DNA from: Nemertoderma westbladi
Lineage: Eukaryota > Animalia > Xenacoelomorpha
Length of the DNA stretch: 64,000 bases
Direction: 5' to 3'
NCBI GenBank assembly: GCA_032718475.1
Contig: JAUCBJ010006701.1
Span: 62,001-126,000, forward strand
Of this stretch, positions 24,444 to 36,900 are shown one piece after another. Under the pieces are notes generated by a model, which made no database searches, had not been told where the DNA came from, and saw nothing but the letters and a program-made list of their open reading frames with translations. Made by a program: the position numbers and the translations under genes. Position 1 is the first letter of the stretch; every line of letters starts with the position of its first letter.

Positions 24444-27400
24444 ATCAACTCTGAATTCAGGGACATACCTCTATAGACTGCTGCGCAGTCGTTGACTACT
24501 CGGACTTTGTCTGGCTTGTCAGGGTGAGTCACATAGTGGTGTGGAAGGTAATAAGTCTGGTCTGTCACTAAGTCAGGGTCCTCTACCTTCCCAGCAAATC
24601 CCTTGGCGAAATAGTTGTTGATCTGGGCGCAATACTTCTCCCTAATATCCGGATTCTTCAACAACCGAGCCCTTACTCCGTTTAATCTTTTCAAGGCTAA
24701 GTTGTAGTTGTTCTCCAACTTAGGTGGTTGTCGACGCCACAACATTCCAACTTCAAAATGTCCAGTCGGTAGCAGACGTATGGTATCTTCCATCATCTCC
24801 AGCGACCGTTTCTCATCAGTAGACATGGCTAGGTCATATCCACCGGGTTCCATTGCGTCCCTATCCAGCCATTCGACGGTTCTGGCTCCTGTCTCGAGGT
24901 CCTGGCGTATCAATTCCTTCTGTAATTCCTCCTCACTGTATTGGAAAATGTCTAGGTCTCGATATTTAGCCACTTGACCCTCCACTATGTCTGTATAAGT
25001 CAAAACGTTAGTCAAATAGGTAGCGTGGGCTGCTGAACCAGACCCACGGGTCTGATAACAGTAGTCCTCGGGTTCACTATCTGTCCGGTTATTGTGAAGT
25101 GGTTCCGACAACCTAACATTATCGGGAATCAACTCCTCGTCCGACTCGCTAAAGTCACTATAGTGGTCAATACAGGTTCTCCTAAACTCGTCTATGTCTG
25201 GTGGTTCTACTAACGGTGGTTGAATTATAGGCTGTAATTCGTCGTATCTGTTTATTGGCTTGTCGCCACCTGTAAACTCATAAGACATGGGTACTCGTGT
25301 ATACCAACCTAGTATGGTCCTATGGGCATGTGGTCCATTGACATGCGGCTCAGCTGGTCTCGTTTCCCATATTTGGTGTGCGATCAGCTGTTCTGCACCA
25401 ATCAACATAGAAACATTCCTATAACCTACCTGGTGTCTGGGTATCCTGAGCTTGTCAAAATACTCCTGTGCTATGGGACTCATCGGCGGCACCTTACCTA
25501 ACTGCCTGCCGAATCCCTTCATAGCTAGACACTTAAATCCGTCCAATGGCAAAGCTTTCCGTTCTTGTCGAGTATGTTGGTCTCTCGGAAGTAGGGAATC
25601 TAGTTCTACCGAAATTCTGTGTCCCTTGAGGTCTCCTACTCCATGCATAGACTTCAACTCTATTTGGATCTCCTCGGCGTCCTGGAAGCTAGAAACAGCT
25701 CTCGCCACTTCCTCGTCGATATAAGATAATGTGGACGCAGTGTCCAACATCACATATATCCGCTTTGATCCCTTATCTCCAGTGAGTTTCACCGGAATCA
25801 CGCTAAATATTTCCGACGTGGCCGATGATAAATACGTCCGCGCGCTGGTCGATGAACTATCCGCGGTGAAACCTTGGCAGGTCACTTCTCTCGCGCTCGA
25901 CTCGCCATCCTCGTCCGACGAACCTGGTTGGTAACCATCGTTCTGAATGCCAGTGTACGTATTCCTCCTTATCAATACGGGTTCTTTGCTCCCCTTCCCG
26001 TGAGGATTTCGCTGTAAGTAACGGTCTGTTGGGGTGTGGAAATCCGCATGTAGCAACTTGTGATGTAGTCTGCCGCATTCCATGCATCCGTCCTTGCTGT
26101 TCGGGCACTGCCGCCGTACATGACCTGGCGCAAGACATGCCCAACAGGTGTCCAATGTCCGCACTTGAACTCTTCTCTGTTCCGAATTTAATTCTTTGAA
26201 CCGTCTGCAACTATCTAACTTATGATCGTCAGATCTTACCTCCTTTAGTAAACAGTATTGGCAACCTACAAATCCATCCGGCAACTCCTGTTGCTTTAAC
26301 CTAGGTCTATCTAACCGCTCACCTGACCATACTCGCGAGTCTGATCTAAAGGCTGGGGTACTCGAATTATATCTGTCTACTGAGTTAAATGTCACAGTGG
26401 TCCTGTCATCATCAAAACTTACCATAGACTTACCGGTAACAGGTTTAGACTCCCTCATGTTCTCCTCTGAGAAGTTTGATTTCATCTCTGCTACTGCGTC
26501 TGTGGCTATCATGTCATGAATATGCTGAAGTGTCAATACCTTACCTTGGCCCTCCAACTTATTCTCTAATTTGCGCCATTTCTGTCGATAACGCATGTTT
26601 AAACGTCTTATTACGCTCTTTAAAACTTCGGCGTGATCACCATGATGAGGTAGATTCACCGTCCTCAAGATGTCCAATGCGTTCGAAATAGCGTTCGCTA
26701 AGTTCAACAGCTCTAACGGAGTTGTAATCCTTCCGCCCTTACCCAAGTCTTCTACTATCGACTGCGCCATCTTCGTTTTATTCCCGTAGATGTCGCTAAG
26801 CGTCTTCATCGCTAACTCGAATGCTCTCTCATTGCCAACGAAGTTATCAGCAATGGCTCTAGGTTCTCGATGGAGCATCTGAAGCAAATAGTTGAACTTC
26901 TCGTTGGGAGTAAAGGTGCTGTTGGTTAGCTGCTCGTCGACATAGGTTTTGAAAGTCCTCCAATGCTTATGGTTGCCCATAAACTTCTGGGGTTGTTGCG
27001 TCGGCAGTCCTTGCCTAGCAGCAAACTTACCTATGTCCCTAAGGGTTGTGTCGTTCCGGGTTAACAAATGGTTTAGTTCCGCAGGGTTGTTAAGTCTGTT
27101 CCTTTCCCGGTGGTTCCAACTTACCTGCTCCGCGTCGGTCCTTCTTTCCTTATAGTTTCGGGACTTCTGACGTCTCATGTCTTCCTCTTCATCGCTTGAC
27201 TCGGTGTCAGTCCTTAGCGCTCGCGATGGTTTGCGCGCCGAGGCCCTGACCCAAGCCTCCTCAATAAATCTTTCCGCCGAATTTTCGAAATTGGGATTAT
27301 GGATATTCGGGACAGGCGTTCTTACCTGAGGTCTATGTGGTATAGTCTCCTCCGATATGCGTACTCGTTGACTAGGCTGGACTTTATCTAATTCAGGCCT

Positions 27401-29482
27401 GCTGGGATTTGAATTACTTCTTACCTGGGCTGCTTCCTTTAACCGTAGGTTGCTAAGCATGTCCGTTATAGGTTGGATGTGCGGCGATATAGCTTGCGCT
27501 AAACTAGCACTTAACTCATCTCTCGTAATAAATTCCTGGCTAGGGTTCTGTTGTATAGTCGGCTCTATCTGAGTAATTCGCTGTCTCTCATATGATCCCT
27601 CTTCCGGTTTAACCCGGAAGTTCTCCGTCGAACTGGGTCGGCGCTCCGTCCGCGTATTCCAAACCCGCGGGTTCGGTTCGCCCAATACTCGGCCCGTCGG
27701 GGTTTCTCTAAACTCTCCGTTGTCGCGTTCGGTGTATAGTGGTGCGGTGTTCTGATGACGTAGATCCTGCGCGATAGGTGAAGCACTAATACCAAATGGC
27801 GTGCGATATGTAGAGAACGGTTTAGCGATCCGTGTACTCGTAATAGCTGGACCGGGTATAGGAATTCTGGTCGTCGTCGACTCGCGTATAGTCGGAGTTC
27901 TCGCTTCCTGTTCGGCCTTCTGCAGTGCGAACAGTTCTCGCAACTCAGTCCCTACACTCGCCCCACATTCTTCGATCATTCGCATCCCCTTCTCGGCGAT
28001 TTCATTCGCCTTCCTAGTCCGTTCTTCGCTCTCTAAACTTAATCTCGCACTTTCCAACTGCGCCAGTGTACGTTCTTCTTCTTCCCTCGCTCGTCTCGCT
28101 GCGCCCTCTTCTTCCACACGCGCCCTTTCTTCATACAACGCTTGTCGCTCTTTCTCGATCTCGAGTTCGCGTTCCTTGCGTTCGCGTTCAAGTTCGAGTT
28201 CGCGTTTCTTCTGTTCGTGTTCGAGCTGGAGTTCGCGTTCTTTCTGCTCGCGTTCAAGTTTGAGTTCGCGTTCCTTGCGTTCGCGTTCAAGTTGAAGTTC
28301 ACGTTCCTTCTGCTCGCGTTCCGCTCGCTCACGCTTACCTTTCTCTTCCAATTCGCGCAACTTCGCGTCTAACTTACGTGTTTGCTCCCGTTCCCGCACG
28401 GCTTCCTTCCGTGCTTCCGATGCACGCAAAACTTCCGCCTGCTGTTCGTCCAGTCGGCGTCTTCTCTCCTCCGCCGAGTTGTGAGAAACAAGAGATCTAG
28501 CACATATAACTTTCCCTCGCGCGTGACTAACCTGGTAATCGCCACTGTCTCTGGATGCGTCGTCGGGTGGAGTCAACGTCCTCTGTTGAATGTTCTCCGT
28601 CGTCGGTAGCACCTGGCCTGGTACCACCACTCCATTCTGCATCAGCCAGCTAGTAACTTCCCTTTGATACCGGCGCTCCTCTTTATCTTGGATCTCTTCT
28701 CGCTCCACTAAGTCTCTCAACTCTGCGTCACTCACCTGAGTCGCCTGCGTTTGTGATGCCCATAGCAGCCAGTTCTCCGTCCTAACTCGTCGGAATCGCT
28801 CCGATAACTCGCGATGCTCCAACAGGGCTGCCAAAACCCTATCATAAATCCTCGTCGCCACGTCGCTCGACTGAGACTCTACTGCCTTCTTCGCTAGGAC
28901 TGCAAGCTCCTCCGTCTGCTTGAATAACGCTGAGTTATATCCTCTTCTAATCTCTACTAACTCTACCCTCCCGATGTTCGCTGAGTCAGCTAACATCTTC
29001 CTTACCTTGTCCGCCGTCCGAGTTATATGTCCGGCATGCGCGCGAAGTTTCTTCTTTATCGCAATGTCTAGTTCTCTCTCGCTTACCTGACTCACACTCG
29101 GTGGACTTGAAGGATTATTTCGGGAACTACGGGTACTCCTTACAGCCGTTGGGACCACGGCACTTACCATACCCACAGGTCTGGAAACCGGGCTCCGGGC
29201 TCTCGCTTCTGCTACACTACCCTCCCTATCACTCACCTCTGTCCGGGCTGCCGTACAGTCCTTCCTATCAGTAGCGGTAGGGGATCCTAATACTATTACT
29301 TGAGGTTGTTGTTCTTCCTCACTAGTCACTGTCTCGCCCTCCTGTTCACTTACGTCAGCGTCGCTCGCTGCGTCGTCATAGTCGGCATTGTCATCAACAG
29401 TAATGTTTACGCTTTCGTCAGTCGGCGGTCCAGCCGCCGTCTCATAGCTGTCCTCTAGTGCCTCTTTGTCTGAGACACTCAT
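24444..29482 (-). CDS. gag: C Gag-protease-RT N-terminus (coiled coil, DUF1759-like capsid, Cys/His knuckles, protease MLDTAS)
   Basis: 1717-aa ORF whose last ~38 aa read into the LINE. Motifs QKFMGNHKHWRTF, CWACLAPGHVRRQC, YYLPHH. Confidence 0.92.
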
Positions 29483-30674
29483 AGTCTAAATAATGTTTGC
29501 CTTCCGGCAAAATATCTCGCAAAGGTTCGAGATATAATTATAATTTAACCGAAACACGGTCAAATTATTTGTCAAATAATCAGTTGGTCCAAAATGTCAA
29601 AATAAATTCGCAATGCAATATTGTGAATTTAATGGGGTATATAGTTATAGCAAATACTAGCACAATATTTAAACAAAAATATTATTATATAGCTACTATA
29701 TAGTATTAAATACCGGTATAGCACAAAATAACTTTGAATCTAATACAAAATATTCAAAATATACTTGCCGCCCGAATATTTCTAATTTTATATATATAGC
29801 TCTAATTAACGTAATTTTAGTTTCAAATATTATATGTATCCACTAGCACGTGGCTACATCTTCGGGTTGCGACTCTCTCTAACTCTCTCTCTAACTTGAG
29901 CGATTCAAAAAACCATGGCCGGCTAAACCTAAATATCCTAACTAATAAATTGAGTTCAGCTTCGTGTTTAAACAACCGATAATTTTTTACTGCTTCCACA
30001 AACACACCGGTGCCAACAGAACAACTAACCTTGTTTGCTGTGAGATTCCACGTCCGCGTCCAAAGATTCAGGCCCTTCGCTGATTGCAAACCGAACCCGC
30101 AGACCCACACGAACCCCAAACTCAGAAGTTCCGTCTTGCCATGTATCTCCAGATGGTATAAAATAACTAAGCGGTTACCTAACATACCGGTACAAAACTC
30201 TAGAATTTTACAAAATAATTTTGACCGAATCTCGCAAACCTAGCTAAAATTTTCAAAAACTTACTAATTACAATTTGCCCTAAGGCCTAAGGAACTGCTG
30301 TATTCGCAATTAGTAAAAACGCACTACCGTACATCCACTGTATGCAGTACAGTAAGTAAAACAGTACACCAACCTAACAGCCTAATTGATACTGTGTGTG
30401 TGGTACGGCAAACAAATGTCCTTCTACCGTACGCAGTAACAGCAATCAGCCTAATGTACTACTGTACTATTGTACGCGACCAGTGAATACAGTAATCTAA
30501 ACTAACAGCCTAAGAATACACTCAATGTTCTACTGTACGCTACAGCCTACAGCAAACAAAGCATACCTTACTGTTAAAGCAGTCAAGCAATCTAAAGTAA
30601 CAGTAGTCTAAACTAATCAGCCTAAGAATACACTATTGACCGCTGCAAGCAACAGCCAATAAAACGCATACCTT

Positions 30675-31002
30675 ACTGATACGAAGTATCAGTAATCTAA
30701 AAATACAATAATCTAAGCTAACAGCCTAAGAATACTCTATCTGCCTTACTGTACGCAGTACAGCAAAGCAATATACGCGTACTACTGATACGAAGTATCA
30801 GTAATCTAAAAATACAATAATCTAAGCTAACAGCCTAAGAATACTCTATCTGCCTTACTGTACGCAGTACAGCAAAGCAATATACGCGTACTACTGATAC
30901 GAAGTATCAGTAATCTAAAAATACAATAATCTAAGCTAACAGCCTAAGAATACTCTATCTGCCTTACTGTACGCAGTACGAAGTACAATATACGCGTATT
31001 AC
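30675..31002 (-). repeat. Three ~109-bp tandem repeats in the C 5' UTR, each carrying a PBS copy and a 9-bp hairpin; more degenerate units extend to ~30330
   Basis: Units start at 30675, 30784 and 30893. Hairpin TACTGATAC-GAA-GTATCAGTA. Confidence 0.9.
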
Positions 31003-33211
31003 TGATAAACAACCGCGACCTCTATACTAACAGCAGAACTGTTGAACAGACCAATACCCGTTAATATCCTTCTGTCAACCTAATGAGCTCTCGCCTAACC
31101 AATAAGACACAAAGAATGCTCTACTGTTAAGTAAAGGGGATCAGGAGCGTGATATTACTAAATTGTAAAGGTGGCTAAATACAAAACCGCTACTTACCGT
31201 TGGATGGCGCTAATCTGCCGTCCGCTAATATATTTTACTAAATTTACACAACTCCTGCAAAATCGCTTGTTCCTTTCTCTACCGATCGCTCGATAGAGAG
31301 CTAACTGTTCGAATCTATGAGCCACGCGGGAATAACCAAAACAATAAACCCGAGTCGGCTCCCTAAGCTTACTTAAGACGAGTGCGAGAGGCCTTGCACT
31401 CAGAGTATTCTTACGCCTAATTCTATCACTATTAAAACACGCTATTGTCTACGTCTTTCTAATCGCGAATACTGGAGGTTCCCTAACGTAATGTGTGAAT
31501 GCGAGAATATTTAAAATAATCAAAATGATACAGTAATTGTTTTTACGTGGATAGTACCACTCTGGGTCTAAACTTGCCTGCGGCTGGCTTTAGGCCAGCA
31601 AATTACTAGCGTATCGTGCGTACCGAATAGTGCGATCTAGCTGATTGCCCGCTAGTGCAAATAACCGCTCAGCGTGAATAGTTTACAGTACTCTAATTAT
31701 TACCTTAGCTACTCTCCGCTATGCTGCGTACTAATTCTTAATTTTTACTAATCAATTACAGTCACAAATATTTAACAGCGTACTAATTACTAAGAGTTCC
31801 AGAATACGTAATTCTAATTTATTACGCAACAGGTTTCGCTAGTAATAGCCTAAATTGCCGTATTACTTTGACCTAATCAGTAACTAATTATTGTAACTAA
31901 GAAATAGAAATCAATCAAAAGAAAAGGGCGCCTACCTAAACATTCATAATCATAGGCACACTTCAATAACACACCAATCAGCGTCAGAAATCACAGTTCG
32001 CAATTATGCAGTTAACTACTGTATAGCCCACAATTATGCGATTCACTACTCGTACTCTACACTCAACGTTGTAGTACGCGCAGGCCTCTCCCGGATACAT
32101 CTAGGATTCCTAACTAACCCAATTCCTGCCCCCCTAATACTAAATAGAGACAAAACCTGGATCATCAGCCCCCTAGATACTGTATCGGCGAATGGTCTGC
32201 GTGTTACAGTGCAAGTGCCCGCCCGCAACGGTGACCCCCGCCAGCGTTGCCCGCTTTGAATCCTCCGCTCTCTCCTAGTCGCTCAACCCCCCGATGTGCC
32301 CACCGCCCACTGGCACCTTAGCCCTCCATTATGCTAATAGCTACCGTAGCGGCGCATGCAAATCACAAAGTCTGACAGTCTCAGAAATCCCTTAGGATTA
32401 TTGCGCAGAAAGGAATCACATAGAACCATTAATCAAAAGTAGAAATCATAGTTCAGTTGTAATTAGCAGTAATCGAAGGAATTAATTGAGAAACACAATC
32501 GAGAGTAATCGCACTAGCAAATCATTCCAAGAAATTAATCAAAATTAGCAAATTGCAGAAAATACGCTAAAATATCCGTCAAAATTGAATAGAGACAGCT
32601 CAACAAGTACAAAGGTGATAGCAGATCATGTGAGGTGTCATGTGAGGCTCTACCGGCACACCGCCAATTTATAGGTGATCCGGATGGGGTGATGCAATAG
32701 GGTGACTCAATCGCTCTCCTATTGGCTCTCCAGTCCGCGCTAGCATTAGACCAACCTGGAAACAGTTAGTCCAATAAGGAGGCCGGATTGTAGCCCTATT
32801 GCTTGCCCAAACCTCAAATTATTACCATATATGGTAATGGTTCACGTCTCTGGCTGCTGAATGGCCAGGACAGCGTCCCTATGCTAGCCCTATCGATGCT
32901 AATATCAGCAAGCACAAAATCCAGGGTCCAAATAAACTCGCTACCCTGGAACTATCTACATATATCCTAATACAAAATTACGTAGGTAGGGCTACATACT
33001 ATACAAAATGGATGGATTCAAATATATGGGTGTTTCGATTTCCCTATCTAAATACCACTGCGTTATTATGCCTTATCTAAAATGTTATGCTGCACAACGG
33101 ACTAATATTACATACAGTATAACGGACTAATATTGCATACTGCATAACGAACTAATATTGCATACTGCATAATGACTAATATATGTGGATACAGCGCCAT
33201 ATACCGTAACA
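31003..33211 (-). repeat. 5' LTR of C, 2209 bp
   Basis: Left boundary defined by the match to 15394. Right boundary defined by CA plus TSD. Sense TATAAA at 32668-32673 and ~25-bp repeats at 33096-33180. Confidence 0.88.
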
Positions 33212-33374
33212 CAGTAGCTTTGATGATAAACTTTATTGGGTTAATAAAAATCAATCACTTCCTTGGGGGCACTATAAAACAAACCTCAAAAAACCTATAA
33301 AAATATCAAATATACCAATTTATGAAGAACCAAAAGGCGATGATGTTGATGATGAATTATCAAATAGTAAATAA
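33212..33374 (+). pseudogene. Polinton pPolB extreme C-terminus, fragment 2
   Basis: SFDDKLYWVNKNQSLPWGHYK...stop at 33374. FDDK and LPWGHY motifs continue the fragment at 15003-15393. Confidence 0.85.
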
Positions 33375-33644
33375 AAATATAAGTTGTAAGCAGATCATTT
33401 ATGGACTTAATTTAAAAGAATTAAAAAATCAATTGACAGGTAAAATTGTACTCAAACCTAATCAGTTTATATATAAGGTATTTGGTGCAACCATATTAAT
33501 GTTTACAAATGGACGAATAACAATTCTCGGTAGAAAATATAATTTTAATAAAGTGAAAAAGCATATATTCGAAAAAACAAACATTAATTTGATTTTTAAA
33601 TCAATCAATTTGTGTACTTATATTTTTAGTATCGACACCGTAAT
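33352..33644 (+). pseudogene. TBP-fold-like ORF of the Polinton, truncated by the A2 insertion
   Basis: MNYQIVNKNISC...LNLKEL...YKVFGATILMFTNGRITILG resembles the TBP repeat motif (TALIFSSGKMVCTG). It overlaps the pPolB stop. Confidence 0.6.
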
Positions 33645-33976
33645 TATTAGAAGAGATACCGTATTCCTACTAATGCGAAGAGACGGTAACAATACCTGCA
33701 ATATCCTACTGTAAAGTTTGTGAATCAAATCATAAATCCGACCTTCTCACCAAAACAGTAAACTCTAAGTAAGCGAATATATTGCAGTATCGATCTCTTA
33801 TTACCGGTGAGGCAGAAAACAGTTTACGAGCAGACAAACTTCGATAAAACAAAATCCCGCGCAGCGAATCCTAAAATCAGGCTGACTCACTGACGGACTA
33901 AGAGGCTCGTATACTTTGCCGCGGTGTGATTTATATGGTTGGGCAAAGGGACGCTAGCTAGGTACAGAGGCAGAGA
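33645..33976 (-). repeat. Remnant of the A2 3' LTR
   Basis: Direct repeat of 62648-62979. Fused by deletion to the last codons of the accessory ORF. Confidence 0.9.
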
Positions 33977-36900
33977 CGAAAACTGCGCACAGGTGACTTT
34001 GCTCGCAATATGGGACTTGTGGGGCGAGTCACTGGTTTCGTTTGGACGTTGAGAGACGGTGCGACTATTTCCTCGCAAATTCGTCTATTTGGCATCCCAA
34101 AACCTCGACCGATTCCTCGTGACCGATCAGTTGTCACTACAGTTGGTAGAACGTCTGGGAACGCGCGAGAAGCGGACGACGCAGACCCAAGAGTAGCTTG
34201 CGCCCCCTTCTGATCAGCTGGTGTGTGTCCCGATCCTCCTGTTGGTTCTCTAGGAAGCGATACCGTATCCCGAGTAATTCGAATAGTCGGCTCAGCTCCC
34301 TTGCGTTCTTCTATATTTGTTCGTTTCGTTGATTATTATATTATATTAAAATATTGATTGCATATAATTATAAAAGTAACAAAATATATTTCAATGGCTA
34401 AGGGCCAACATTGTCAATAATCCTAAAACAGTAATACTACTATATGATATAACTCTGTAAATACCTATAAAATTGAGATGTGATTGTATGATAATATAAT
34501 AATAGGCCTACAACAGTACCGGTACCAACATACGTAATGCAGTAACACATAGTGTACGGTAAATAAACTATATAAAGCACAACCTACATGTATGCAATAT
34601 TGTATGACTCCCCCCCCCCCATGTTTATTTCTATATTTTTTAATTTTGTTTAGGAATCCTCCGCCTTCAAGTACCGCTACGCTTAAATGGTCAACATCTA
34701 CTGATAGCCTTTTATTGATTGCCCGTGGGCCTAGTGATTTAATGTATAAACTTTCCAAAATCTTCTATATTAATAATTTTCTTTAATTGTTGGCCCACTT
34801 TCTGGACCCGTATGATCCTACCCTGTCCGTCCTCCCGAGGGTGACGTGCAGACGGCGCAACCGGAGTGGCTGGTATATTCGTCGCCTCTAGGACCTCCTC
34901 TTCCTCGAATATGCTCGCTCGTATACGTTTATGGTAAAACGCGGCTCGGTACGCCCATGCGACGGTTAACCAAGCTCCTTTATTCCGCTTTTCAGTTCGG
35001 AAACGATCGAATTCACCATACGTAATGCGATTAACGACTTTCTGAAAATTCCACGTGTTTTTGTTATCCGGGTGAATCTGTAGTAGATACTCGCGCACTA
35101 CTCGGAATCCACTGTCGTGGGGCAAAATATCGACTACCTCGATAAGTTCGTCATATTGGGGCATAGCGGAGATATATCCTTCCGACATCATCGTTTGGGG
35201 ATTTACCCGTTTGGGCGCCCTCATCGGAAACCGTCTTCTTTGCGCCGATACATGTTCGTCGGCTAAATCTTCCCACTCATCGAATAATTTTCTCACGAGT
35301 TTTACAGATTCGTGTTCATAAGGTATGTCTCTTAGTTGGCATTCAGATGCTCGATGCCCTTTTATATTGCAATAAGTACATTGAGCCATAAATCTCCAGC
35401 AAGTATAAAAGGTATGAGACCCTTGATCTCCACACCATCCACAGATTAGCTGAGTCGTAGTAATGTGCTTTCCACTGCACTTGGTCATATGATGTCCAGC
35501 GACGCCACATTTACTACACATCGTATTGGCAGGGTACCACACTCGTTCGTATATAAGATCTCCAATCGGTCGAGCGCTTCCTCCCACACTATAATCGTAA
35601 TCATCTGGATCTATGGGTTGGTAGGTTTCTGAAGGTTGTATACAAACTATAGCATCTGTTGCTTCAAGTTGTCGAATCTCCGTCTGAGATTTCTTCGGGA
35701 GGTTCCTTTCTATCTCAAGAAGTTCCTCTAAAGGATCGTCAGCGATCGTAGTAGTTACTTCGAAATCATCACCAAGGTGACCGATAGGCGCGCGCGTCTG
35801 CCGTGATTCATCCGTAATCTCCACGATACGTTCTCCTTCATAGGGTAACAATGTAAACATAGATGGTCTTTCGATAAGAGATCCCGCACAGCGAAGATAC
35901 ACGTCTCGAAATATACTAAATCCTGCTCGAGTAAAGGCATTACACTGAGCGTCGGAGTTGTAGAAGGGTTCAAGGAATCGTCTAAACACGTCGGTATGAA
36001 TTCTCCCTTCCATGTAGAACGTATGATCTTCTCCGAGACAAAGTGGATGTCTTTTGAGAGTCCGAGACACAATGTCGGCGATTAGGCAAACATTCACTGA
36101 CGACTCTATTGCTAAATAATATTGTAGGACCGCTCTTGGAGGTGACGTAATAGCCCAATACACGCATCCTCTCCATTTAAGCTGTGATTCAAACTCACTC
36201 ATATCTGGAGTATCACCTTCTCCATAAGTCTCAATATACTTGTTTCTCTTACTTTCCTTATAATCCCAATTGAATAACAGGTAGGAAATGTATCCAGTTC
36301 CAGTCTTCTGAGTATTATACTCACGAAAATATCACAGACCACAAAATCATAGACCACAAAATAAGAGGTCGAGTGTCGACGTAAGGTGTCGGTAGTCGGT
36401 CATCGCTGTCCGTCATGCCGGCGAAGTCGCTAATTAAGTCCTCCCTTACTCCTGATCCAATCTTTACAACAGTTTTATCTAAAATCATGTTTCTTACCAT
36501 CTTCGGTAGCATTCTAGCGTCGATATTACAAGCTTGGTCCATCTTCTTTACTATGTCAGTGATAAGATGGTGTCGCTTTGTAGTCGCTGGAGGTATCGGC
36601 ATTCGTTTGTCGCTCCTCTGTCTACTGAAAACGTGCAGGACTCCGTCCGCCGCTCTAATTTGTATAGTCTTAGAAGTCAAACTCTGCTGATGACTGCCGC
36701 CCTCGTTATCGTAAAACATGTAACCATTTTCCTGAAACGATCTAAACGTTCTATTCCATTCATCCAACAATTCTTCCGAAGGTTGCCAAATCTTCTCATT
36801 GTCCTTATCATCTTCGAAACGAATAACCTTACCTCGCCAATCTGCAGCAATATCTGTATCCGACTCGAAGGTTCCGGTTCCAATCCATAAACGAATCGTC

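Larger units (their letters stand above)
15394..33211 (-). mobile_element. BEL/Pao retrotransposon, family C, both ends present
   Basis: Termini TGATAAAC...CGTAACA. 5-bp TSD CAGTA at 15389-15393 and 33212-33216. Removing the element rejoins pPolB (ALS-SFDDK). Confidence 0.95.

Noticed and set aside
33645-33714. C-terminus of ORF 33322-33714
   Set aside because: It reads into the A2 LTR and is not part of the TBP-like gene.
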